A stretch of 63,762 bases of DNA, counting the filler, from Saprolegnia diclina VS20 (Eukaryota): assembly GCF_000281045.1 (NCBI RefSeq). It is 10 parts of 8 records of this genome, joined end to end, with 100 filler letters (N's around TTAATTAATTAA, not from the genome) between each part and the next. Parts side by side here need not be neighbours in the genome. Positions count along the whole stretch, not along the records: positions 23,656 to 35,796 come from NW_008246284.1; positions 35,897 to 37,668 come from NW_008246285.1; positions 37,769 to 40,348 come from NW_008246285.1; positions 40,449 to 49,712 come from NW_008246286.1; 6 more parts are not named here. One strand, written 5' to 3'. Position numbers and translations under genes: made by a program. The notes beneath the pieces are model-generated. The model searched no databases and had not been told where the DNA came from. It saw only the letters and a program-made list of their open reading frames with translations. Below, piece after piece: positions 35,101-45,007 of this stretch. Numbering within the stretch: the first letter of the stretch is position 1; each line of letters begins with the position of its first letter.

Positions 35101-35796
35101 CGTCCAGTGACCGAGAAAAAGCTTGCCGCTGTCGCAGAAGACAAAGTTGACCATATTCACCGTATAGCACATTTGGTCCATCGATGCCGTCGCGTGCACC
35201 GGCGCCAAGACGTCGAGAAGAAGGACGAGTAGCCATGCCATGGCGGTGCTCACCCCGGCTGAGAGGCGCGTCATTGATTGTGTCATCGGATGCAGCAGCT
35301 CTTGCGTAGCGTACGCTAACCACGTAGTTTCACCGGCCAAAAGCGCAGAGACCCAGATGGACCGTGGCACCTCCTGGAAGGCGACGACGCCGAGACGCGT
35401 TGTTGCTGCTAATGGCACTGACGCGAGGCAAAGTGCTGCTGTCACACCGCGCAAGACCAAAAGACTTCGACTCAGCCACGTGGAACCCGCGATGCGGTTG
35501 AAGACAAACCAGTCGCAGTCGTATGGTCGATACGCGAGCCAGAGAGCGACGACAACGAGCGCGACAGCAAGCAAACCAGCTGAAGTGACCGCGGCGCCGT
35601 ACCAAATGTAGATGGCCAGGCTGGAGGACATTGACGTTGGTACCGGCGTCGGCTTGGAAGCGTAGACACTCGACATGATGTGCCACGTCGTGACGTCGCC
35701 TTCAAAGGCCACGACCTCCTTGGTGTGCGTGACCCAGTCGTAGACGCTCATCCAGCCAAAGAAGGCCCAGTCCGGCGCCAGCAGCAAATGCTGCGA
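32152..35796 (-). CDS. Large multi-pass membrane protein with repeated extracellular+TM modules (5' truncated)
   Basis: 1,211-aa open frame with many hydrophobic helices and N-glycosylation sequons. Duplicated TM block: FVFNRIAGSTWLSRSLLVLRG...AGETTWLAY vs FCINRVVGLVWLGRPLLLLRS...ASEVTWLVY. Resembles an expanded Saprolegniales family of unknown function (from recall). Confidence 0.8.
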   Translation of the reverse strand, partial: SQHLLLAPDWAFFGWMSVYDWVTHTKEVVAFEGDVTTWHIMSSVYASKPTPVPTSMSSSLAIYIWYGAAVTSAGLLAVALVVVALWLAYRPYDCDWFVFNRIAGSTWLSRSLLVLRGVTAALCLASVPLAATTRLGVVAFQEVPRSIWVSALLAGETTWLAYATQELLHPMTQSMTRLSAGVSTAMAWLLVLLLDVLAPVHATASMDQMCYTVNMVNFVFCDSGKLFLGHWTRTFIVLGINVGGAVIAAMAATLFTAPSPPSLSASSALWTGLSTCFLNSEAGTTNPVTAFMGGLLYIRCGVFDVTRWLSLDLGPTRPMIDVVHVASHGTRVIVQPSSRTHHTLLLLGLGYTAFTLFGNIAFLSIIQESLANDFFWGGFNSSSTHAYLATRANELLLTTTEAPLHLDDPRLLDHSRFYNGSEGTIIWSSTVARRALFQSTTTLEIAVANLRRMDPCLLPWMFTQYCWLDLNQTWEMASTQGRQRRCVSDRMTNGAVYLELPLRNVNDWAAWDRCWGDSFDVGFGKELSTALGGRQWLASLTDTALSADQEVRAWRQHQISHFTLQWQNYKTIGFDDALTIETALGLSYPLALSYIPASMHTKHQTSYMMYWTFASDLWAVSSNTTSISGRSLLRGSANFAFRNVSNWGLLVENRTLTSPFPSDIASLESSLGPFNAIDMVYLMPPPSLLEFYAGVSSALASLLLRDPNAQTAFLSLPVKYNLVASPRFLLDDLSILLGGGNLFCGIDNGLLSGATGLYSLFTATSPCRFIANEVMFPSRLQLLFAFLGFEMTLALNTTSDLNHICALDTTIVANCAGDYATFYNFSLERALDFVSLAHTAKLLYADVIDHNISLVQYAVGGQLGPGSLLLIPLLDNDDRGWSFYGWCSLYEWAIGMREVVSFQGDAGTITTISGGTASNAMAPDAAQRRASYAALLQQGVAYVTIVMIFIMSLVFLNALRSRGRLESRNLFCINRVVGLVWLGRPLLLLRSITALCLLNTSVADVVQVGAVTHFALPKLPWYKTVLGASEVTWLVYVLNDLLSCATHHYTSLYAFKSSNLAWLVLICVTSIHPLAPTGKLQRACDARDMDAALVCTSGYIAIGSYARLQATVGIAFGCVLMAYAVERWRVPRLASALPKTLLLNAQSLYMLSWTHWRHGDEFFLDSSSGIMAGLLSLQHKDTWYIFDTKTWRLLMLPTAHDCGRFKHAIPLSKH

Positions 35797-36534
35797 NNNN
35801 NNNNNNNNNNNNNNNNNNNNNNNNNNNNNNNNNNNNNNNNTTAATTAATTAANNNNNNNNNNNNNNNNNNNNNNNNNNNNNNNNNNNNNNNNNNNNACGT
35901 GGGATCCAAAACTGGGGAATGGTGATTGTCCAGCACGCCAGCAGGTTGCGAGCTTCTCAACGCACAACGGCATCACCACCGCTTCCTGCTCTTGCAGGGA
36001 TGACCAGCAGCGATACCTCCCTTGCTCAATGTACATTCGAAATGGAGCGCCTGCAACTTGCAATTCAATATAGCTTAGACCGATACGCAAAGGAGCGCGG
36101 TGCCCATGGTGCAGCTGCTTCAAGACAGCAATGGTGGTCATCAGCGAGCAGTTGCGCCTAGCAGTAGCGTCAACATCGAGCCGCAAATCAACGTTCTCCT
36201 CTGACTTTGCATCCCTTTGATATTCAGACGCCGCGTGAAATCAGGCTTTTCGCGAAACCGGCAGCACATTTGGCCCGTTGCTCGAGCAGCCGAGTGCGTG
36301 GAAACCACCCGCTCTCCTCGAATTGCAGAGTTGGTGGGAATCAGATGTCAATTGATGTCACAACGCTCGAAAGAAACGCTGGGGATTTCATTGGCACGGG
36401 ACTCTGAGTACGGTCAGCGCTGCATCCCCAATAAAATAACCTCCCAAACATCAAATCTGAGACCACGTCCCGTATCAGATCGCCGGTCACATCTCGGGTC
36501 GCTCGTCGTTCAACTCGGTATTTTCCGATTCTCC

Positions 36535-37635
36535 ATGAAGTACACGCTGCCTTTGCTCGCGCTTGCCTTGGCGACGCTCTCGACGGACGCCGCGCTCATC
36601 CGCAGCGAGGACGGGCGGTTCCGCACCCCCACCGCCGTGGCCGCCATCTCCGCCGACGCCGACACGAACCGCAAGTGCCACACGACCAACGGCGACTTTG
36701 TCGCGGCGCTCGCCCCCGGCAAGTACGCGTCGAGCAGCTTCCACAAGTGCTTTCGCACGGACGCGCAGATTTTCCAGTTTCTGGATACGCTTGCGAGTCA
36801 AAACAGCCAGATTCTGACCAAGTTCCAAATCTCCACGTCCTTCAAGGGTACGGACTACGCTCTGCTTGCAACCAAGTTATATGTGTATGTAGGCGAAAAG
36901 ATCTGGGCGTACAAGATCTCGACGGGCTCGCGCGCCAAGGCGCTGTACACGCAGAGCATGTTGCACGCGCGCGAGTGGGTCGCGGGCTCGTCCGCTGTGT
37001 TTACAATCGCATCCATTTTGGACGACGTCGCCAACAAAAAACCGACGCCAGCCGACAGCTACGACCTCGTGTTTGTGCCCATCGTCAACATTGACGGGTA
37101 CCGCATCACGTGGAGCTCCAAGCGGCTGCAGCGCAAGAACGCGAACGAGGTCGACCTCAACCGCAACTGGTACACACCGATCCGAAACCCGAGCCCGCCG
37201 CGGCCGTCGGACGAGACGTACCCGGGCCCATCGTACTTTAGCGAGAAGGAGACGCAGGGCATCCGCGACTACATCACGGCGCGCAATGCGACGTTCGCGG
37301 GGTACCTCGATGTGCACTCGTTCGCGGGCGAAGTGCAGTTGCCGTACGGCGACACGAAGGCGGCTCTCGGCAACGGCCTCGACACCAAGTACCAGACGCT
37401 CGGCGACGCGCTCTCGACAGCGATGGGGTCTTCGTACACGACGACGTTCGAGTGGGAAATGTACCTCTCGTACGGCTGCTTTGAGGACTGGGGCCAGCGC
37501 TACCTCAACAAGCCGACGCTCACAATTGAGATGGCTGGCAACGACTTTGTCGCGCCAGCGTCAACCATCGTGAGCTCCGGGAAGGAGCTCTACCGTGGCT
37601 ACTATGCGTTTGCCAACGGTGTCTCCAAGTTTTAG
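36535..37635 (+). CDS. Secreted zinc carboxypeptidase (M14)
   Basis: Signal peptide MKYTLPLLALALATLSTDA. Zn motif HAREW, then NIDGY, RKN, DLNRNW, DVHSF and catalytic TIEM. Probable 45-bp intron at 36848-36892. Confidence 0.92.
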   Translation: MKYTLPLLALALATLSTDAALIRSEDGRFRTPTAVAAISADADTNRKCHTTNGDFVAALAPGKYASSSFHKCFRTDAQIFQFLDTLASQNSQILTKFQISTSFKGTDYALLATKLYVYVGEKIWAYKISTGSRAKALYTQSMLHAREWVAGSSAVFTIASILDDVANKKPTPADSYDLVFVPIVNIDGYRITWSSKRLQRKNANEVDLNRNWYTPIRNPSPPRPSDETYPGPSYFSEKETQGIRDYITARNATFAGYLDVHSFAGEVQLPYGDTKAALGNGLDTKYQTLGDALSTAMGSSYTTTFEWEMYLSYGCFEDWGQRYLNKPTLTIEMAGNDFVAPASTIVSSGKELYRGYYAFANGVSKF

Positions 37636-38600
37636 TCGGTGTGTAAACTTGATGTGACGTAAGCGTTTNNNNNNNNNNNNNNNNNNNNNNNNNNNNNNNN
37701 NNNNNNNNNNNNTTAATTAATTAANNNNNNNNNNNNNNNNNNNNNNNNNNNNNNNNNNNNNNNNNNNNCGTACCTCACCAAGTCGAGCCTCCGCACCGAA
37801 GCCAACTAGACTTGGAGTTGTGATTGGTCGTTGAATCGTCTCTGTGTCATCGCAAACATTGTCACCCGTCTTGCTCAAGTCAATCAAGTAAAAGTCGATA
37901 TCGAATATACTTGAATTTGTCGAAGTGTACATTGACGCAGTGACTTTGAAAGGAAGTCAATCTTGCGAAGCATCGCATACACCGAGATTCCGCGCTCCAA
38001 CTTCCGCTTTGACAGGTTTGCTCTTAGCGCATTCTGCAGGACGCTAGGTTGTGCAACTGGTACATTGGTGTTGGCTAGCCTATCTGAAGGCTCGAACCCT
38101 CCTACCCTTGTACCCTCATTGTCGCACTTGAACGTGGACTGCACGTTGCTTAATATACTTGCTGCCTCTGTGGCAACCGTCTAGCGGGATCACTGGCCAA
38201 TGCCTATTCGAGTATCACAAATCGAGCATAGGCATTGGTTGGCGATCCGTGACAAGTATCCGGATTGTATCTGGAGGTTTAGCGCACGGCTATTGGTAGA
38301 AATTAGGCCGAAAATAGGCCCCTTTATGGGGCCTATACAAACATCAAATGGTTTTATAAGGCATCTATTTTTATCGTTCAACCACGATAGAAGGTCAGCT
38401 TTCGAAGGACATGGCGATGGGAGGCAAGGGAATCCTTGGGACGACGGGACGATGAGACGATGGGACGTCATTCGAAAGTCGATCTTCTCTTCTTCTCTTC
38501 TTCTCTTCTTCGCTTTTATTAGGCACGTTTGTTAGTTCCCCACAGTTTATGCGGTACTCGTCATATACACTCGATTTATAGTCATTTTACGTATACTTGT

Positions 38601-40235
38601 CTAAAATATGTCAAGGCGCGCATAGGTTTCGTGTTTCTTGGAATGATGTTTTTGTCGCGACGACGGAACATCCGCGTGGGTTCGATACGTCGCCATGAGG
38701 CGTGCGCTACGAGCCATTGCACACACTTGTAAGATCTCGTCGTCGGACCAGCAAGAATTGAACACGTTCAGCCGGACCCGGCGCCGAGCGCGGGACAAGG
38801 CGATGATGAGTGCCTTGACGTGGTCGATGCGGAGCCCGCAGTACGAGACGTCGATCTCGGCCATGTGCTGCAGATACGGCAGCGCTGACGCTAGCGCCAT
38901 GACGGCGCGGTCGCTGAGGTAATTTTCAAACAATTGCAAGCGCTGGAATGCCGGCAGCGCGTATGGCAGTACCGCAAAGAGCTGGCTCGCGCCATCATCC
39001 CAGATTTGGTTGCCCGAGAGGTTCAAGCCTTCGAGAGTCCGCCACTCCGGTAGTGTCCGCGCAAAGTACTTGATGTCGGCACATTCGATCTGATTGCCGC
39101 TGAGATCAAGCTCTTGGACGCGCGTTGGCAGCAGTGCGCGGACCACCCAGCCAATGGCTTCGTCGTTCAGGCCGACTCGACTGAGACGTAGTCGTCGGAG
39201 ATGTTTCATTTGGGCCACGCCACGAAGCATGGGGCGAAGCATGTCATACTCGTCGATATACTGCCCCGAGAGGTCGAGCGTGTGCACGCTGGACCCCTGT
39301 GCGGCACAAAAGGAGTCTTCTCGCATGAGGCTCGCGCTGGTAACGCGTAGCACGCGCAGCGTCTGCGAGAACAAGAACGTGTGAAAGCTCGAGGGCACAA
39401 TGTCGTGGCACCGGACGAGCTCGAGCGTCTCGAGGCCGTTCTTCGACATCATGAGTTTCTCAAATGCTTTGCGTTTCGTCTCGTCAAAGCCGAGGCCGTT
39501 GAGCGCAAGCGCACGCAGCCGAGTCTTCCTGATCGTTGAAAAAAGCGAGTTGGTCGCAGGTATTGGCAGTGGAATGTCGTCGCGCACGTCAGCAAACGAG
39601 TCGTCCAGCTCAATCGCAGGGGTCTCGCCGTTGACGAGGCGCACGTCCACGACGCCGGCGTTGTCGAGAACCGCCTTGCAAAACGCGTTGAGCTGCTTTG
39701 CATTGCCGTACCAGTAGATGGTGACGCAACGCAAGCTTACACTCGACTTGAGAAGACTCACGATGCTTGATTGCTGGCCGCGCGCCTCGACGTCATGCAC
39801 CTCGACGCTTTGAATTTGTTGCTTGTGCTTGGTCAAAAATGCCAGCGTTGGCGGCAGTGGCGTCTTGATGTTGGCAATGTGGAGCTGGGTGCTGGGCCAG
39901 AGCACGTCCGCCCACTGCTCGGGGTTGGCGCTCGCATCGATCGAACACTGACCGACAAAGCCGAGCGCGTCGCGGAGTGCTGGTCGGAGACCCAGCTCGT
40001 AGGTGTCTGCACGGAGCTGCAGCACGGGCCAAAGATGCTTGTCGGGCTGTGCGTTGGAGAGCTCGAGGAGCGCGTCGAGGCCGCTGCTGAGGCAGCTGCG
40101 AGGCAGGAGGCTCGCCACGTCAAAGAGCAGGACGGGGCTCGCAACAAACTGAAGAATACGGTCGACGATGCAAGGGTCGAGGACGCTGGGTCGCGGCGCG
40201 CAGTGGTACATGCGGCGGCTCCAGGCAGTGTCCAT
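38601..40235 (-). CDS. RNI-like leucine-rich repeat protein with an F-box-like N-terminus
   Basis: LRRs: LDLSGQYI, LRLSRVGL, LDLSGNQI, LNLSGNQI, LQLFENYL. N-terminal VLDPCIVDRILQFV. Confidence 0.75.
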   Translation of the reverse strand: MDTAWSRRMYHCAPRPSVLDPCIVDRILQFVASPVLLFDVASLLPRSCLSSGLDALLELSNAQPDKHLWPVLQLRADTYELGLRPALRDALGFVGQCSIDASANPEQWADVLWPSTQLHIANIKTPLPPTLAFLTKHKQQIQSVEVHDVEARGQQSSIVSLLKSSVSLRCVTIYWYGNAKQLNAFCKAVLDNAGVVDVRLVNGETPAIELDDSFADVRDDIPLPIPATNSLFSTIRKTRLRALALNGLGFDETKRKAFEKLMMSKNGLETLELVRCHDIVPSSFHTFLFSQTLRVLRVTSASLMREDSFCAAQGSSVHTLDLSGQYIDEYDMLRPMLRGVAQMKHLRRLRLSRVGLNDEAIGWVVRALLPTRVQELDLSGNQIECADIKYFARTLPEWRTLEGLNLSGNQIWDDGASQLFAVLPYALPAFQRLQLFENYLSDRAVMALASALPYLQHMAEIDVSYCGLRIDHVKALIIALSRARRRVRLNVFNSCWSDDEILQVCAMARSARLMATYRTHADVPSSRQKHHSKKHETYARLDIF

Positions 40236-41003
40236 CGATGCCGCACTTTCCAAAATACCAGCGCCGTTTCGCCCGTTGAACGCCCGCGAGATCGCTCAGA
40301 TAGTGTGCTGTACACTATTTCGTGGCTTCCCACAGGTCGTGCCAGTCGNNNNNNNNNNNNNNNNNNNNNNNNNNNNNNNNNNNNNNNNNNNNTTAATTAA
40401 TTAANNNNNNNNNNNNNNNNNNNNNNNNNNNNNNNNNNNNNNNNNNNNTCTAACATAACATCGGGATCTAACACTTACTTTGATCCAACACAATGAGACG
40501 AAGCGTAGCTCCAAAGTCCTGCGCCATCGTGCAGGAACCATCGATATCAAGTGCAGTTGCTACGCTCATACGTTGCGCTATCGCGCACATTATCCTACCG
40601 TTCAATCGCAAGTGCACACGCTGCACTCGGGATTGGCGCTGCGCGCATCAATACCAAAACACTCGCTACGCTCGTGCCGCGCTTCGCGCAAAAAAGTCGT
40701 TATTCAATTAAAAGATAGATACGAGCGACGACGGATCTTACATGGACGTGTCGTCCTTCCATGCAGAGAAGCATCAGAATGCTGGCACAGGATTGAAGTA
40801 TCCAGGTCCCTTTGCAGCCAGGGCATACCAGATTGTGTGTATTCCCTTACTTTGCAGAGATACTACCAATGTACTTATGTGTGAAAGATATTATCCAAGC
40901 AAAATCCCAAATAGGTATACCGATCGTGGTGTATATGCAAGTGTGGAGTGCGTTCAAGCCATTGAAAGTGTGACGAATCCGAACGACGCCAGCTGAGCTG
41001 TGA

Positions 41004-42577
41004 TCAGACGCCTTTGGTGTCTGTGACCAAGCGGGTGCGACCCGAGCTCCGTGGAACGGTCTCGCGGCCAAACAGGAATGGATAGCGTTTGGACATGTTG
41101 TCCAAGACGTCGGCCGCAAACGACTTGGTTGCGATCTTCGTCTGCGCCCTACGTTGCCACGTCATATTTCTAAAAACACGCAACCTTTCGATGCGTACAC
41201 GAGGATCGCGTGCGACGCGGCCTCGGTCGCAAAGCTCTTGGCCGACTCTTTGGGTGCCGATGTCTTGGGCTTCTTCAAGCAGAAGAGGTGGCCGATGCTC
41301 GACGTCGAGAGCTCGCGGTACCGAAAATCGCGGTCGAGCGGCGGCAAGTGGTTCACAAAGGTCTCACGTCCTTGCAAATGCTTTTCAAACACTTCGACGC
41401 GCGACCGAATGTCTTCGCCGTGGAGGACTTGGGCCTTGATGCGCTCGCGAACCGAGGCCGGAATCGTATCGAGCTCGATCACTTGCTGCGTCCGGACGAG
41501 CACCCGGTAGCGGTAGTAGGGGATGCGGGCAACCTACGGGTGATGTGGTGTGTTCCGCGTGGTAGAGATAATGACGTACGGGACAGTGGCTCAAGTCGAG
41601 ATGACTCAGGTCCCGGAGCTTGGTGAGCGCGTCAACGTGGTGCAGCTCCCGAATACGGTTGTACGACACGTCAAGGTACTGGAGAACCTTGCAGTTCTAC
41701 CACCCGACGACTTGTTGCAACATCTGCTATAACATTTTTGAAAAGACACGCACCCCAAAGTCCTTGAGCGCTTCGACGCTGTTGTGTGCCAGGTTGACGC
41801 GCAAGAGACGCGTGAGCCGCGGAAGGTCGGCGGTGATGGAGATTTCATTGTACGACAAGTCCAGCGTCTCGATCGGGAGGTTGCCCGTGAGACCTTTGGT
41901 CGAGCGCAGCTTGTTGTGGGTCAAGCTCACATGCTAGAACATCATCGTGTTTCAAACTCAAAACCATTTGCCTCAAAGTCACTTTGAGAAAGACGAGGGC
42001 GGAGAGACCCGAAATTTCAGTGATTTCGTTGTGGTCCAGGACGAGCTCCTGGATGTAGCGATGGCGCGAGAGGTCACGCATGGCCGTAATGCGGTTCCAC
42101 GCAAAGTTGGCGACGTGCAGCATGGACCCGATCGCGTGGCTGCCGTCGACCCACGCCTGCGCTTTCGTGCATAGCGGCGTGTCAAAGTCTAGTCAGTATG
42201 AACATTTGGCGCGGCGAGTCGATGTGGGTACCGAGGAGCGCCGTCAGGTCGTTGTGGGAGGCATCGAGGCGAAGGAGAAAGGGCAGGTGGGCGAGCGGTG
42301 CAAGCGTCTTGATCTGGTTCTCGGCCACGTTCACGTCCTAGCCCAAGGCGTTGTACGCAGTTCGACATCCAAGTCGCACCTGGAGATGCGGAAACTCAGC
42401 CAAGATGTCAATGGCCTCGAGTTGCTGTTGCTACACGCCACTGATCACGACGGCCACGACATGGGGCAACGTATATACCTGCACGACGAGCTTGGTGAAG
42501 ATGTGCTTGTTGCTGATCGGGTGCTTCCCGAGTGTACTCACGTTGCCCTCGACGAGTTGCCGGTCCAAGAGCACCAT
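41004..42577 (-). CDS. SDS22-type LRR protein resembling the LRR part of axonemal LRGUK/LRRC23; multi-exon
   Basis: Spliced exons give LRLDASHNDL, ANFAWNRI, LVLDHNEITEISGL, LSLTHNKL, LDLSYNEI, VNLAHNSV and LDLSHCP. No guanylate-kinase domain visible. Confidence 0.7.
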
Positions 42578-42714
42578 GGATCGCGTTCTACAGCAACCGG
42601 TGCCAAATGAAACGGTTCGCCCAAGCGGCGCGATCCTCTGCTGGGCCGCCGCCGACGACGTCCATGAACATGCGTAGGAAGTCGTACATTGTGGTCGTAG
42701 TCCTTACACGACGT

Positions 42715-43278
42715 TTAGTCTAAGACAAAGTGGCCGCCCTTTCCGAGCGAGAAGCTCGTGAGCGTGTCAAAGTCGGCCTCGACCTCGCGGTTCACCTCGC
42801 GGACAATGTCCTTGATCGAGAGCATGCCAATGATGTCGCCATTCTTGTCGACGACGGGCAAGTGGCGCACGTCGCTGTTGAGCATCTTGGTCATGAGCTC
42901 GGACGGCGTCTCGTGCTCCCGCGCGTTTACGAGCCGGCCCTTGTGCGTCATGATCTCCGCGACCAGTGTCTCTTTGGCCGTGAGCCCTTGCAACTCGACC
43001 TTCTTGAGATAGTCGCGCTCGCTCACGACACCGACAAACTGGTTGTTGCCGTCCGAGACGGCCAAGCACCCGAGGTTGATGCCAGCCATGCGCGTGATCG
43101 CCTCAAAGACCGTCGCGTTCTGGTCAATGATGAAGTTGACGCCGTAGTAGCAGCTCTTGGTCATCATGTCCTTCGCCGTACCCTTGTCGTAGTGGTACCG
43201 GCGGTACGCCTGCCCGTACATAGGGCTGCCATGCTTGAGGTGCGCAGAGGCCATCGACGCCATCGCTCGCATCGCCAT
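42715..43278 (-). CDS. CBS-domain pair protein (CBSX3-like, possibly mitochondrial)
   Basis: TVFEAITRM...GVVSERDYLKKV...VAEIMT...VRHLPVVD...GMLSIKDIV. The N-terminus (MAMRAMASMASAHLK) is Ala/Ser/Arg-rich and lacks acidic residues. Confidence 0.88.
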   Translation of the reverse strand: MAMRAMASMASAHLKHGSPMYGQAYRRYHYDKGTAKDMMTKSCYYGVNFIIDQNATVFEAITRMAGINLGCLAVSDGNNQFVGVVSERDYLKKVELQGLTAKETLVAEIMTHKGRLVNAREHETPSELMTKMLNSDVRHLPVVDKNGDIIGMLSIKDIVREVNREVEADFDTLTSFSLGKGGHFVLD

Positions 43279-43776
43279 GCTGTCTGCCGCTTGGTCAACA
43301 AATCTTTTACTCCGCTTGCCAGCGAAGAGCATTCCAGTAACCGATATCGTGTGTTGGTCCATTTCCATGAAATAGTGTAATTTGCACCTATCGAGACGAG
43401 TACGACAGCGACCTCGGTTTAGACTGCAGGGCGTCTTTGCTATACGTCACGGGTACTCATTGATCACTGCTCTGGATGCCACTTCTAATTGCGTTTCGCG
43501 CTGCGCAATGCACCTCGTCCTACGGCTCGCAAACTATTTAAGTTTTTCTAAATAGTGTAGTGAAGACGCTCGGCCGCTGGATTTCTCTTCCGGTTACTTT
43601 TTATCCGGTAGCTTCGATATTATTTTGACGCGACGTCACGATTGCATACAAATGATAAGTTTATGGATGGACAATAAAAATAATATGGGTAGCTCCGTGC
43701 ATTACGGCTAGATAATACTGCAAGAAGGGACTTTACCGCGCAACTCCTCCTTTGCATCGCTTATCTGTTTCGCATC

Positions 43777-44645
43777 ATGGTCCGCACGTCTGTCCTTGGC
43801 GCTGCCACGACGCTGGCGCTGGTGCTGCAGGCTGCCGACGCCATGTTTGAGAGTAACCAGGTGTGCGATGCGCGCGGCGACATCTGCGCCAAGAAGGGAA
43901 AGGTCCTTGCGCCCAAGCGGTAGGCGCCGACGACCTCTTCGCTCGCGCTCACTTGGCCATACTAGCGACTACAAGATCTGGGCCAACGGCTGCGGCACCG
44001 AGTCGATGGGCTTCCAGGTCATGAACGACGACGGCTTCGACTTTACGTCCTGCTGCAATTGGCACGATGCGGTACGTACAATGGCCATATATGACTCGCC
44101 GTGGCTCAATCGCAGTCGCAGTGCTATGGCGTGTGCGGCATCGCCAAGGCCATGTGCGAACGCAAGTTTGAAAAGTGCATGAAAGACCTCTGCGCCCACG
44201 AGAGCGACGACGACGCGCAAAAGTCGTGCCAGTCGATGGCCGAAATTTACGCGATGGGCCCCAAGCTCATGGGCTGTCCTGCGTTTACAAAGGCGCAAAA
44301 GGAGGCGTGTACGTGCGTCGAGAAGGACAAGCTACCGGCCAAGAACCGCGCCCGCCTCGAGTACTTTGTCGCGACGCATGCCAACGGCCTCGAGTCGGTC
44401 GACACGCTCTTTGAAAAATACGCAGGTACGCACTTCGATACCGAACGCCCGCCGTATTTATTCGGCGCGTAGACAAGGCGCCCGTGATGTTCTACCGCTT
44501 GCTCGGCAAGTACCCAAGTGCGCTCGTCATCAAGGAAGCGCCCAAGACCAAGGAAAACTCCATGTTTGAGCGCATGAAGGCCGACATTGCCAAGGAAAAA
44601 AAGGTCGACACGGATGACGACACCATCGAGCACATTGAGCTGTAA
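43777..44645 (+). CDS. Group XII-like secretory phospholipase A2, with 3 introns and C-terminal HIEL
   Basis: Signal peptide MVRTSVLGAATTLALVLQAADA; NGCG Ca-loop; spliced catalytic CCNWHDA|CY; C...F..CM...C...GC..F..AQ..AC.C cysteine pattern. Confidence 0.85.
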
Positions 44646-45007
44646 AGACATTATTGTACAGCACACCACACTAGTGCCAGCCTTAGTACGTTCGGTGGTT
44701 TGATCGAGAGTGTCGAGTGGCGTCCTCAAAGCACCCGCAGTGCTCCTGGCTCTAAGCTGACACCGGTCCGGCGACCTCGAGCGGACGCGCCGACAAGGAC
44801 AAGGAGNNNNNNNNNNNNNNNNNNNNNNNNNNNNNNNNNNNNNNNNNNNNNNNNNNNNNNNNNNNNNNNNNNNNNNNNNNNNNNNNNNNNNNNNNNNNNN
44901 NNNNNNGGCGACCTCGAGCGGACGCGCCGACAAGGACAAGGAGGTTGAAACGAGCGGCCATGTGTAGCTGACAAACCTCTTGGTCGAAAATGACAGTTCG
45001 GTATATA

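Noticed and set aside
44770..44943. ~37-bp sequence repeated on both sides of a 100-N gap
   Set aside because: Most likely an unmerged contig overlap or a collapsed tandem repeat.
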